DNA from: Fibrobacteria bacterium
GTDB taxonomy: Bacteria > Fibrobacterota > Fibrobacteria > UBA11236 > JADFYW01
Length of the DNA: 64,000 bases
Assembly: GCA_050294405.1 (NCBI GenBank)
Contig: JBNKOC010000027.1
Span: 76,284-140,283 of the forward strand
Direction: 5' to 3'
The notes beneath the pieces were generated by a model, which was given only the letters and a program-made list of their open reading frames with translations, was not told the DNA's origin and searched no databases. The translations under genes were made by a program, and so were the position numbers. Below are positions 7,750 to 18,458 of this stretch, one piece after another. The stretch's first letter is position 1. Every line of letters starts with the position of its first letter.

Positions 7750-10700
7750 AGGCCCATTTCTTCCGCGATTTTAAAGGATAATTTTTCCACCGTAGAGTTT
7801 TCCAACACGTCCATTGAATTTATTTCGACAGCTAACTCCATTGAGATGGCTGAGACTAATTCAACCGCTAATATGGAATCAATACCAAGATCATTTATCA
7901 GCGCATGATTTGAAATTTGACCGACATCAATGTTAAGCATTTTTGAAAGTGTTTCCTTTAAAAAAGTATGAATTGAATTAATGTCCTTTTTTATTGAATC
8001 TTGAACCCATTCAACTTGAGCCTTTTCTATTTTATACTTTTCTATAACTTTTCCAAAATATTTCGCATCATAAAAATCAGGGTATTTTTTTAGCCACTTA
8101 CTCCAATCAGACTTGAAACATCCAATTTGAGGCTGATTAGTTCGCAGTGTCAGATTAATAGTATTTAAAACATCGTCAATAGTTAAGTATTCCAGACCAA
8201 TTGATTTTAAATAATTTTGGGCTGCCTGGTTCTTCGCCGCAGCGCCTACGGCTTCCACAGGCCCTAAATTTATAGAAAAGCTTGCAAAGCCTTGTAACCT
8301 CATATGCTGCATAAGACCATCTAAAAAGCCGTTTGACGCCCCGTAGGCCAACTGACCCTGGTTTCCGACAATTGAAGTTATAGAAGAAAAACTAATGAAA
8401 AATTTTATTCTTTTTTTGTCCAATAGTTCAAAAATATTTAGGGCTCCTACAACTTTTGGGTTAAGTGTCTTAACAAAATTATTTCTTGTGACATTTTCAA
8501 ATAATTTGTCTTCAATAACAGCTGCAGAGTGAAAAACACCTGAAATTTTAAATCCGGTACTCTGAATTTTATCGAAAAATTGTTTTAGTTCTGCTTTATT
8601 GGCTATGTCCATTTTACCTGAAAAAATTTGAATTCCAGATTCATTCGAGTTACGAATGAAATTAATAGCTTCTTCGGATTTAGGCCCGCTCCTTCCGCAC
8701 AATGCAATGTTTTTGGCCCCATTTTTTATCAACCATTTTGCCACCTCAATTCCCAGCCCTCCAAACCCTCCGGTAATCAGGAAAACATCCTTTGAATTAA
8801 TAATGTTTTGTTTGATGTTTGCATCACAGACTGGAATTGGGAGGCGGGTTTCTTTATTAATGTCTTCCACTCTTTTTAGACGCGCAAGATCCATCGGATC
8901 CAGAAAAATTGTATAAAATTTGTTTTTGATGCTGCATAAGCAATCTGTGTTACCGGCCATAAGGGTTAATTCTGAAGGAATATTATAATTAATAGCAAAC
9001 CTCATATTCCGAAGTTCAATAGCCGCCGTTTTTAAGAAGCTGCTTATCATAGTAAACTCGGGATTTTCCAAAGGGTTTTCATTTTTAGAATGCATTTTAA
9101 CAATTACATTTCGAATATTGCCCGACTTGCCTGCCAAAGAAATAATGTTTTGAAGCCTGGCTAGGGTATCGGCAGTTTTATTGCCGTAAAAATTATTACT
9201 AGATGTAATATTTTGGATACTCAATGTATTTTTATTCTTAATATCCACGAAATTTTTGGAAGATACTTTTGCATTTAGACCCAATTTAATTACATCTACA
9301 TTTGAAATGTCTAATACTTTATTTCTATCAATTTCCGTTAAGGATGGATTATAGTATATCCAATTCTTAAATCCTGGAGATGGTATGGACTTGAACACTA
9401 AGTTTTCGACAACGGCTAATATGTGACCGTATTGGGATATTACCTTTAAGTTAACAGCCATTTTTTCCTCTGAAGAGGTGTGGATTTCTCCATATACATA
9501 AAAACCCTCCTCTGGTAGAGAAAATATTGAAATTTTTTTAATCTCACTGGGTACATATTTTTCATTATTTGGAACAAAAGCCAGACAAGCCTGAAGACAT
9601 GCATCCAAATTTCCAGAAAAGTACTTAAAACCATCAATACTTTCGAAATTAAAATTTATCTCGGCAAGGAATTCACTATCAAGCAGGAATAAATTCTTAA
9701 TTGAAGCAAAACTTCTTTTATAATCGTACCCCAACTCCCGAAAGTAATCATATACGTCATCTCCCAATATTGAAACTTTACCGAACTTTTGTTTCAATGT
9801 GACCAATTCAATTCCCGAAGGCTCTTCAAATTCACTAACATCAATATTTGCCCGAGCACATAAATTCCATGGAGATTCATTAGACACTTGCTTAGTATAG
9901 AATAATATATCAGATGCTTGTTCATTATAGTGGGTTTGCATATCCACTACATCTTCGTCTGGAATGACAATCATTTTCAATATTTTGAAGTTATGGATAT
10001 CAAGCTTTTTTATACTCTCCTGATATTTTGTGAAATGTAATATTGAATCAATAAAACCCATGCCGGGAAACACTTTTTTACCCAAGACACAGTGGTCAGG
10101 CAAAAATGGAAAAAAATAATCATTTAACTCCGCGTTCCATACTTCCCCAGGTACATTCATTTTCACCTGCATAAATGGGCTATTGCCGGGGTTCCCTACC
10201 CTGGCTACCTTGGATTCTGGAGATTCTGACCAATGGTAGGATTTTTGCCAGGGATAGCTTGGTATTCTTATAAAATTACCTCTCGGGTGAATAATTTGCT
10301 CCCAATTTATGTTCCCACCTATCGTAAAAAAAGAGGAAAGGGATTGAAAAAAGCATTCCACCGCATCTTGCTCCCGTAACAGAGAATTAACATAGTTAAA
10401 TGGTATCCTTTTTACATCACAGACTTTTTTAATTGATGATTTCAGCACATGATGTGCACTTATTTCAACAATAACATCATAACCGTCTTTCAGTGCTTCT
10501 TCGAATGCCTTGTGAAAATATACCGGTTGCCTGATGTTATTACACCAGTAATCTGGGTTGAAAACAGCATCATTTACTTTTTCGCCAAATACTGAAGAAT
10601 AAAGATTAATAGCCGGAGCCTTAGACTTCAGGCCCTTTATTGATTTTCTGAATTTGGGTAATATGTGATCAATTATCGGACTGTGGTAGGGAACATTTAC

Positions 10701-12869
10701 ATTTAGCATTCTTGAAACTATTTTATTTTCATAAAGGATTGCTTTTAACCTTTTTAATTCTTCATGATCACCAGATAGTGTCACAGTATTAAAATCGTTG
10801 TATGCTCCTATTCCTATTGATTCAGGAACTAATTCAAATAACTCTTTCTTGTTTTCCTCCGTATAACTCACGGCTAACATTGAACCCTTTCCCTGGATAC
10901 TTTTGTATGCCTGGCCTTTTCTAATAGACAGCAAAACTGCTTCACGCAATGTTAAACACCCTGCGGCATGGGCTGCCGCTGTTTCTCCCAAACTATGGCC
11001 AATGCAGCCATCCGGTGTGACCCCATAGTGTTTCCACAGTTCCGTCAAGCTTAATTGAAGACAAACCAAGGCTACTTGTAAAACTTCGGTATCATTTATT
11101 CGCGACTTTTCCTTTGACTTTGAAAGTTCTTTTACCAAAGACCAACCGGCATATTTACTTACAATCTTGTCGCATCTATCCAGAACATTTTTATAAATAG
11201 AGTTTTTTTTGTAAAGTTCTTTCCCCATTGCATGCCACTGCGGGCCCGAACCCGGAAAAACAAATAGTACTTTTGAATTTTTAGTTGCAACGGATCCACG
11301 AATTATATTTGCGTTCTTTTTTAAATCTTTTAAAAGGCTTAGTTTTTCTTTTAGTTCCTCTGTGTTTTTGCCAATAATAACAGCTCTCTCCGAATGATGG
11401 GTTCTTCGATAGCTGAGTGTGTAAGCAAAATCATTCAAGTTTATGCTTTTTTTATTCAAAAAATCATGGTAACGGCTCGCTGTTTCGGCTAGAGCCCGTT
11501 CCCCTCTTGCTGTAATTGGGAGCATATAAAAAGGCTCAAGTATTTTTGCTGATTTTATTTTTTCTGTTTTAGTCCAATTGCTCAAAATCGCATGTCCGTT
11601 TGAGCCCCCATAGCCAAAAGAATTGACTGAAGCCAAAAGATATTTCTTTGAGGGAAGTTTCTTATTTTTTTGGGTGACATGGATTAACAGCGATTTAAAA
11701 TCAATCTCCGGGTTCAATTTCGCGGAATGGAGTGAGGGGACAACAGCCTGATGCTTCAAGATCAGAGACGCCTTTATGATTCCAGCAATCCCCGCTGCTG
11801 CTTCGGTATGGCCTATATTTGACTTAATGGACCCCACATCAACCTTTGACTTCACTCCCTCACTTTTTAGTAACTCGTTGATGGACCAGCTTTCTGCCTT
11901 GTCTCCTGCATCAGTACCTGTTCCGTGAGCCTCAAAATAAACCAAGTTTTTTACGGATTTTGGTATTTCAGAATAGGCTTTCTTCATTAATTTTAATTGA
12001 GCCTCGGGACTGGGCAATGTAATTCCGTTGGTTCTACCGTCCTGGTTAATTCGGACATTTTCAATAACTGCATAAATTTTGTCCCCATTTTTTACTGCAT
12101 CTTCAAGCGGTCTAACAACCACTACTCCCGCACCTTCTCCTCTGCCGTATCCATTGGCATTATCTCCAAAAGCTCTGGAACGGTTTGAAATTAAACTACC
12201 TTTTGCAAGATTCACCATTGAAATAGGGTTAAAAATCACGTTAACTCCCCCAATTAAGGCAACATCTGATTCCTTATTTTGAATTGATTGAAACGCCAGG
12301 GCCAAAGCCGTCATTGAGGAAGAGCAGGCAGTATCCACAGATAAACTTGGGCCTTTAAAATCAAATACATAAGAAACTTTATTTGAAATGACAGACATCA
12401 TCACATTTATAGCATGTTCTTTTTTTATAGAATAACGATTTAGATACCCGCTTTGGTGCAGATAATTTTCTAAGTGAAAGGCTCCAACGAACACTCCAGT
12501 TGTCATTTTTTGTAATTCAGACAATGTGAGTCCACTATCCTCTATAGCCTCCCATGAGGATTCAAGAATTAACCTTTGTTGCGGGTCTATGGAATCCACT
12601 TCGTTTGCATTGAGACCAAAAAATAGAGGGTCAAATTCCCACAATGAGCTTGTGAGAAAACCGGCTTCAAGTGCGTTTGATTTTCCAGGTTTATTAGGAT
12701 TGGGATGGTAGAATTTCCTTAAATCCCACCTGTCTGTTGGAATTTTTCTGAAGCAGTCTTTCCCTGAAACTAAGTTGTTCCACAAGGCCTCCACAGAGTC
12801 TGCCCCGCCGGGAAATCGACAGCCTATGCCAGTTATGGCAAGAGGGCTTTTTCTCAGATTTTTCATCAA
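7746..12869 (-). CDS. Monomodular type I polyketide synthase KS-AT-DH-KR-ACP, no TE
   Basis: KS DTACSSS, EAHGTGT, KSNIGHTEAAAG; AT GHSLGE, VPYHS; DH HCVLGKKVFP, DACLQ; KR GGFGGLG, HSAAVIED, GQLAYGASN; ACP LGIDSI. Start TTG 12869 or ATG 12866. Confidence 0.95.
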   Translation of the reverse strand: MMKNLRKSPLAITGIGCRFPGGADSVEALWNNLVSGKDCFRKIPTDRWDLRKFYHPNPNKPGKSNALEAGFLTSSLWEFDPLFFGLNANEVDSIDPQQRLILESSWEAIEDSGLTLSELQKMTTGVFVGAFHLENYLHQSGYLNRYSIKKEHAINVMMSVISNKVSYVFDFKGPSLSVDTACSSSMTALALAFQSIQNKESDVALIGGVNVIFNPISMVNLAKGSLISNRSRAFGDNANGYGRGEGAGVVVVRPLEDAVKNGDKIYAVIENVRINQDGRTNGITLPSPEAQLKLMKKAYSEIPKSVKNLVYFEAHGTGTDAGDKAESWSINELLKSEGVKSKVDVGSIKSNIGHTEAAAGIAGIIKASLILKHQAVVPSLHSAKLNPEIDFKSLLIHVTQKNKKLPSKKYLLASVNSFGYGGSNGHAILSNWTKTEKIKSAKILEPFYMLPITARGERALAETASRYHDFLNKKSINLNDFAYTLSYRRTHHSERAVIIGKNTEELKEKLSLLKDLKKNANIIRGSVATKNSKVLFVFPGSGPQWHAMGKELYKKNSIYKNVLDRCDKIVSKYAGWSLVKELSKSKEKSRINDTEVLQVALVCLQLSLTELWKHYGVTPDGCIGHSLGETAAAHAAGCLTLREAVLLSIRKGQAYKSIQGKGSMLAVSYTEENKKELFELVPESIGIGAYNDFNTVTLSGDHEELKRLKAILYENKIVSRMLNVNVPYHSPIIDHILPKFRKSIKGLKSKAPAINLYSSVFGEKVNDAVFNPDYWCNNIRQPVYFHKAFEEALKDGYDVIVEISAHHVLKSSIKKVCDVKRIPFNYVNSLLREQDAVECFFQSLSSFFTIGGNINWEQIIHPRGNFIRIPSYPWQKSYHWSESPESKVARVGNPGNSPFMQVKMNVPGEVWNAELNDYFFPFLPDHCVLGKKVFPGMGFIDSILHFTKYQESIKKLDIHNFKILKMIVIPDEDVVDMQTHYNEQASDILFYTKQVSNESPWNLCARANIDVSEFEEPSGIELVTLKQKFGKVSILGDDVYDYFRELGYDYKRSFASIKNLFLLDSEFLAEINFNFESIDGFKYFSGNLDACLQACLAFVPNNEKYVPSEIKKISIFSLPEEGFYVYGEIHTSSEEKMAVNLKVISQYGHILAVVENLVFKSIPSPGFKNWIYYNPSLTEIDRNKVLDISNVDVIKLGLNAKVSSKNFVDIKNKNTLSIQNITSSNNFYGNKTADTLARLQNIISLAGKSGNIRNVIVKMHSKNENPLENPEFTMISSFLKTAAIELRNMRFAINYNIPSELTLMAGNTDCLCSIKNKFYTIFLDPMDLARLKRVEDINKETRLPIPVCDANIKQNIINSKDVFLITGGFGGLGIEVAKWLIKNGAKNIALCGRSGPKSEEAINFIRNSNESGIQIFSGKMDIANKAELKQFFDKIQSTGFKISGVFHSAAVIEDKLFENVTRNNFVKTLNPKVVGALNIFELLDKKRIKFFISFSSITSIVGNQGQLAYGASNGFLDGLMQHMRLQGFASFSINLGPVEAVGAAAKNQAAQNYLKSIGLEYLTIDDVLNTINLTLRTNQPQIGCFKSDWSKWLKKYPDFYDAKYFGKVIEKYKIEKAQVEWVQDSIKKDINSIHTFLKETLSKMLNIDVGQISNHALINDLGIDSILAVELVSAISMELAVEINSMDVLENSTVEKLSFKIAEEMGL

Positions 12870-13142
12870 TTTTTACATCCTTCCAAGAATCCAAAACAAA
12901 TTCTCAAACCAATTCATTACTGCATTCAATCTAAAAACTAATGAACTTTAAATAAGAATTCTAAAAACATATAGTTTTTTGTTAAAAAAATGAATTTAGG
13001 TAGGTAAACATGATATAATCTGCAAATAATCTACAAAAACTCTATTTGGACTTAATCGAAAGAAGAACATGATTTTAAATACTACTTTTGATTTAATCAG
13101 GCAAGGTTTTAGTCTATATAGGTGAAAAGGATTTAGCCAAAT

Positions 13143-16100
13143 ATGATTCCAAAGCAATTAGGGAAGTATAGAATCATTTCACCCATTGGAAAGGGATATG
13201 ATAGCACAGTTTATCTTTGCCAGGATCTAGAAACCAACAAAAAGTATATTCTAAAATCGCTCTCCAAAGTAAATTCAAATTTGGAAAAGGTTATAAGCTC
13301 AAGTGTAAGGTTTAAAAATGAAATTGATATTTTAGATACTATAAATCACGAAAATATTAATTCCATCCATGATTCATTTTTGCATGATGAACATTATCAA
13401 ATTGTCTTTCCCTATGAGCCCGGAGTTACACTAAACGAAAGAATTGAATCTTCAGGTGTCATAGACACTGAAAACGCAATTAAAATTATTTCCCAAATCT
13501 TGGAAGGGTTAAAGTACATTCATTCGAGAGGGTATGTGCACTGTGACATTAACCCAAATAACATCTATATTCTGGAAAACGGACTTGTCAAAATATTGGA
13601 TTTTGGATTCGCATTTCTTGATTCCGAAAATATGTCTAAGAATCCGGGAAGTATTGTGGGAACCATACCTTATCTGGCTCCGGAACAAACTGGTTACACA
13701 AACTTTAAAATTGATGCGCGAACAGATACATTTTGTACCGGTGTCATTTTATATCGACTACTTGCCAATAAATTACCGTTTGAAATTAAAGATAATTCTA
13801 TCACCGAATTGATTGATTCCATTTTAAAATGTGATATCAAGCCGTTAAAAAATATTCCCATAAAGTTCAATCAGATCTTAATCAAGTCATTGCAGCCCAA
13901 TCCAGCCGACAGATACCAAACAGCCCAGGGGTTTTTGGAAGATTTAAACCAAGCTATGAAATTAGAAGAAAGTGAAGTATGGAAAGTTGGGGATAAGGAT
14001 AGAGTTATATCCATTAACAGAAAAAAAATATTTATCGGCAGGAACAATGAATTATCACAAATATCCGATGTTTTAAAAATACACAACTCAACAAGGGCAG
14101 GATCCCTATTGGTATATGGCTCGTCAGGAATGGGAAAATCTTTCTTAATAAAACATTTAAAATCAAAAAACATAATAACTGCACCTGTTATAATTGAAAG
14201 TAAATGCAACAGGTTCAGCAAAAGCCAACCCTTCTCTACGCTGCGTGATTTAATATTGAATTTTTTGTATGATCAGGTGAAATCGTCCACGGACTTAGCA
14301 AACCTCGAGAGCTTTGTTAATGAAAAATATGGCTCGAAATCGGGGCATATATTAGAAGCTATCCCCGAATTAGCTCCTTTTTTTAAATCCGTAAATTTTG
14401 AGAAAAGTGTTGAAAATCAATCAAACAGGTTAAACCATTATCTTTTTAATTTTTTCAGGGAATTAGGGAACAAATACAAAATAATGCTGCACATTGATGA
14501 TTTTCAATGGATTGACCATCCCAGTTTTTTAGTTATATCAAAGTTATTGGAGTCCAAAAACAGGCCGTTTATAATAATCAGTTACCGCACGGAAAAACAA
14601 AATTCGGATTTATTTGTTGATGATTATGACTTAAATAAAATTGAGTTTACAGCCACTATTAACCTTAAAGCTTTTGATAAGAAAGATGTTATTGCATATT
14701 TGGACACCAAGTTTGGAAGTTTTGGAAACCAAAGCCAATTAGCAGACATTTTAATTTCTAAAACGAATTCATCTCCCTTTGAAATTGAAGAAGCGTTAAT
14801 ACATCTAACAAATAATAATCTGATTATTCCAAAGGACAAGGATTGGAAAATAAGTATCAAAACAATACAAGCTGTAGGTGAAAAATTTAACATAATTGAT
14901 ATCCTTTCTCATAAAATTAAGTTTTTGTCTATTGAAGAAAAGAAAATATTAGAATTTGCAAGCGCTTCTCAAAAACCCATTAACCCTTCTTTGCTTATAT
15001 CAATCTTTAATTTGCCTAGGAAAGAAACACATTTAATTATCAATGATTTACTGTCCCAGGGTTTATTAAAAATGGACATTTCTGGAAAATTTGCTTTTAC
15101 TCACGATCAAATCAGAGACATTATATATTTAGGAATCAGCAGTAGCAAACAAATTCAAATAAATGAACAATATGCAAAACATTTTGAAGGCTTAATTGAA
15201 CTGAATAATGAAATTATTTTTGATACAGCTGAATACTATTTAAAAACGAATAATTCTTCCATGACCCTAAAATATTTAAAAATGGCTTCGGAACATGCAG
15301 AATCAAAACACGACCTAACCCTGGCTAAATATTACCTAAGAAAGACCCTGCAAATCTATTCGATTGTACCGGATCAAAAGTCAAAAAAAACAGTAGACAT
15401 TACTTTGGAAAATATACGCTTAGCAAAGTTAATGCTGATGAGCGGAAACAACCGTGAAGTCATTGGTTTTTTAGAAAAGTTTATATACAAAAACAAACTC
15501 CCCGAATTGCAAAAATTAGAATGCAAATACATACTAGGCTCTGCATACCAATATACGTCAAATTTTGATGAAGCCATCAAATGTTACATGGGCGCTTTAC
15601 AATCACTAAAGAAAAATTTTCCAAAAAACCGCATTACCCTCATTACAAAAACATTATTTCAAATATTTATACAATACAGTACATCTTGGGTTTTTATTAA
15701 TTTTTATCAAAAACCAAAGAAAGCAGAGTATCAACTAAAAATTAACATATACCGAAGACTAGTACATTGCTTCTTTTATAAAGACCTTCTTTCTTGTGTT
15801 TATGTCGCATTTTGTGCAAAAAATATGGCCGACAAAAGCATTGATACAAAAGAAAAAATAGAAGCTTATTTACAGCATTCTTACGGATTGTATTTTATGT
15901 ATTTAAAAAAATCTTCATTTAACCTAATGAATAAAGCAATGAGGATTGCATTGAGAATCCAAAGAGTGGACACCATAGCAGAGGCCCACTGTTGGAAAGG
16001 AATGATAGAGTACTGCGATGGGAAATGGATTACGGCAAAAACAGAATTAAAAGAAAGTATAAAAAAGTACCAATCTATAGCGGATATCAACTCTTCATTA

Positions 16101-18275
16101 CTACCGGAGTCTCATTTGTGGAGAATATATTTATACACAGGCAACCTACAGGAAGCCTATTCGCTAGCTGTAGATTCAGTGTCAAAATCCAAAATCTGCA
16201 AGGACATTCACTTCCGTACAATTTCTGAACTGTGTATAGAATACATTAATGCCTTACAAATCAAAGACTATTACAAAAAAAACGGGACACAGCTAAGTTC
16301 TTTTGGTCAAACAAAAACCGAAATACTTACAAGCATCATGATGTCTATTCAAATAGCAAAAATTCATCTATTATTTAATGAAACAAAACTTTCATACAAT
16401 TGTCTCGTTCCACATATAAAGGAAATTAAATCAAGAAATTTAAAGCAAGAGTATGTTACTCCTATTTTCAATTTAATTTGCGAGACCTTATATAAAGACA
16501 TCCTCTTAGGGAAAGAGGGCAATTTAAATTTTAGTAAAAAGAAAAAAATGTCTTTATTTAGAAAGTTCATAACCTTGTCCCTGATAAACTGCACAAATTT
16601 CCCAGCCCATGTGGGATCTATATATAGAAGTATTGCATGGTATTCCTATTTTAGGGGTTGGAAATCCATGTCTGTATTTTTCTTTAAAAAAGCAATCGGA
16701 AAATTTCACAAGCTGAATATGAGTCTTGAGGAAGGACAAACCTACGAAGATATTGCCAAATTTTATTATTTAGAAGGAATCTCCGGTGACTACATAGATA
16801 ATATTGAAAAAGCATATAAATATTATTCCGATTGCAACGCCTCTGTTCTTATTGAAAGACTAACCAATTTACATTCGCACGAAATACCACAAACATCTAA
16901 GTTTGAGAGTGCATCAAGCCTAAACAATTCTATTATAGAATCAGATATCAACCATCTCAGAGTGAATACCATTCTTGATGTGTCTAACACAATTATCGAA
17001 AATACGGATATAAATCTAATAATGGAACAAACTGTAATGGCACTCATTAAAACAACGGGCGCCCAAAATGGATACATGTTTCTTGTTTCGGATAATCAAT
17101 CTAAAAAAAAATTATTTCTGGATTTTAATGGTAAAGAAATTAGAGATGCCGAATCAAATTACTCTGATGAGATAATTGAATGGGTAAACAATAGCAGAAA
17201 ATCCATTTTATTAAAGGATGGATCCGATACAGATATCATTAAAACTATCCCGAAAAGCAAAATCAGGTCCGTCTTATGTATTCCCCTTATAAGAAAGGAT
17301 AACTATTTGGGATGTGTTTATCTTAGTAACGATAGAATTTCAGGTTTATTTACCAGTACATCCGAAAAAGCCGCTAAATTACTTGTTGCTCAAGCTTCCA
17401 TACTCTTAGAAAACGCTTATTTATTAAACAGTTACAAACAATTAAATGAAAATTTAGAAGAAATTGTAAAAGAACAAACCGCTGACATTAGAAGTAAAAA
17501 AGAAGAGCTGGAAGACTTTAATTTAAAGCTAATAGAATCTGAGCGGATGAAGGATATTTTAACAGGCACCTTAGTACACGATATTAAAAATTATGTAGCG
17601 GGCATTGAAGGAAATTTAAAAGTATTAAAAAGAAAACTTGGGGATGAGGAAAAAAACTTTCGCAGCTTGCATACGGCAGCCATGGCATGTATGGATATAG
17701 CTTCTCTTTCTTCGAACCTCTTAGATATTGGTAGAATGGAAGAAGGCCATTTAGAAATCAAGCCTCAAAAAGTTTCCTACAATGTAATAAGCCATATAAT
17801 TTCGAAATTAAGAGAGGCAGCCCCCTTTGAAGAAAAAAACATTGATGTTGAATTAATAAAACCTGAATTTGATGTTAACTTTGAATGGGACCACAGATTA
17901 TTGGACAGAGTTATCCAAAATTTATTTAATAATGCGGCTAAATATACTCCAGAACAGGGAAAAGTAAAAGTATACTTCGAAAACCACAATTCTGAATATG
18001 TAATGGTAATTTACAACTCTGGAAATCCCATTGAAGAAGAATACAAACAGGAACTTTTCAACAAATACGCCCGTGCAGGGGCTAAGTGGTCGCCTTATTC
18101 AAAGGGACTGGGCCTATTTTTTTGCAAAATGGTTGTTCAGGCCCATAAGGGGAATATATGGGTAGATACGGATATAAGCGGAAATTATTTTAAAATTTCC
18201 TGTAGCAAAAATTTTTCCCATAAGGCCAAAGAATCACATATGGCCAGCCCTGAAAGAGATTCCCAGCCTGTTTGA
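13143..18275 (+). CDS. Ser/Thr kinase - AAA/STAND ATPase - TPR-like - GAF - histidine kinase multidomain sensor
   Basis: HCDINPNN, DFG, GTIPYLAPE; Walker A GSSGMGKS, Walker B HIDDFQW; FTHDQIR; GAF RSVLCIPL..GCVYL; LVHDIKN, NLFNNAAKY, GLGLFFC. Confidence 0.92.
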   Translation: MIPKQLGKYRIISPIGKGYDSTVYLCQDLETNKKYILKSLSKVNSNLEKVISSSVRFKNEIDILDTINHENINSIHDSFLHDEHYQIVFPYEPGVTLNERIESSGVIDTENAIKIISQILEGLKYIHSRGYVHCDINPNNIYILENGLVKILDFGFAFLDSENMSKNPGSIVGTIPYLAPEQTGYTNFKIDARTDTFCTGVILYRLLANKLPFEIKDNSITELIDSILKCDIKPLKNIPIKFNQILIKSLQPNPADRYQTAQGFLEDLNQAMKLEESEVWKVGDKDRVISINRKKIFIGRNNELSQISDVLKIHNSTRAGSLLVYGSSGMGKSFLIKHLKSKNIITAPVIIESKCNRFSKSQPFSTLRDLILNFLYDQVKSSTDLANLESFVNEKYGSKSGHILEAIPELAPFFKSVNFEKSVENQSNRLNHYLFNFFRELGNKYKIMLHIDDFQWIDHPSFLVISKLLESKNRPFIIISYRTEKQNSDLFVDDYDLNKIEFTATINLKAFDKKDVIAYLDTKFGSFGNQSQLADILISKTNSSPFEIEEALIHLTNNNLIIPKDKDWKISIKTIQAVGEKFNIIDILSHKIKFLSIEEKKILEFASASQKPINPSLLISIFNLPRKETHLIINDLLSQGLLKMDISGKFAFTHDQIRDIIYLGISSSKQIQINEQYAKHFEGLIELNNEIIFDTAEYYLKTNNSSMTLKYLKMASEHAESKHDLTLAKYYLRKTLQIYSIVPDQKSKKTVDITLENIRLAKLMLMSGNNREVIGFLEKFIYKNKLPELQKLECKYILGSAYQYTSNFDEAIKCYMGALQSLKKNFPKNRITLITKTLFQIFIQYSTSWVFINFYQKPKKAEYQLKINIYRRLVHCFFYKDLLSCVYVAFCAKNMADKSIDTKEKIEAYLQHSYGLYFMYLKKSSFNLMNKAMRIALRIQRVDTIAEAHCWKGMIEYCDGKWITAKTELKESIKKYQSIADINSSLLPESHLWRIYLYTGNLQEAYSLAVDSVSKSKICKDIHFRTISELCIEYINALQIKDYYKKNGTQLSSFGQTKTEILTSIMMSIQIAKIHLLFNETKLSYNCLVPHIKEIKSRNLKQEYVTPIFNLICETLYKDILLGKEGNLNFSKKKKMSLFRKFITLSLINCTNFPAHVGSIYRSIAWYSYFRGWKSMSVFFFKKAIGKFHKLNMSLEEGQTYEDIAKFYYLEGISGDYIDNIEKAYKYYSDCNASVLIERLTNLHSHEIPQTSKFESASSLNNSIIESDINHLRVNTILDVSNTIIENTDINLIMEQTVMALIKTTGAQNGYMFLVSDNQSKKKLFLDFNGKEIRDAESNYSDEIIEWVNNSRKSILLKDGSDTDIIKTIPKSKIRSVLCIPLIRKDNYLGCVYLSNDRISGLFTSTSEKAAKLLVAQASILLENAYLLNSYKQLNENLEEIVKEQTADIRSKKEELEDFNLKLIESERMKDILTGTLVHDIKNYVAGIEGNLKVLKRKLGDEEKNFRSLHTAAMACMDIASLSSNLLDIGRMEEGHLEIKPQKVSYNVISHIISKLREAAPFEEKNIDVELIKPEFDVNFEWDHRLLDRVIQNLFNNAAKYTPEQGKVKVYFENHNSEYVMVIYNSGNPIEEEYKQELFNKYARAGAKWSPYSKGLGLFFCKMVVQAHKGNIWVDTDISGNYFKISCSKNFSHKAKESHMASPERDSQPV

Positions 18276-18458
18276 GTCTCACTAAGACCAAAAAATCTAA
18301 AGCTACTAAAGTTTCTAAACTTATATGTGCCCGTCTGCCGGGATTCCCCTAAAAATTGGTGGTATAATAATAGTAGTTAGTGATATCTGAAAAGGACTCA
18401 AATTTAGTTTCAATGGTCCTTTGATTTGGGTTGTTTTAAACGCTATTAATCGCATTAA

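Noticed and set aside
13538..13565. HCDINPNN catalytic loop (Lys to Asn) as a sign of a dead kinase
   Set aside because: Catalytic Asp, Asn, DFG and APE are intact, and DINP-type loops occur in this class of dual kinases.
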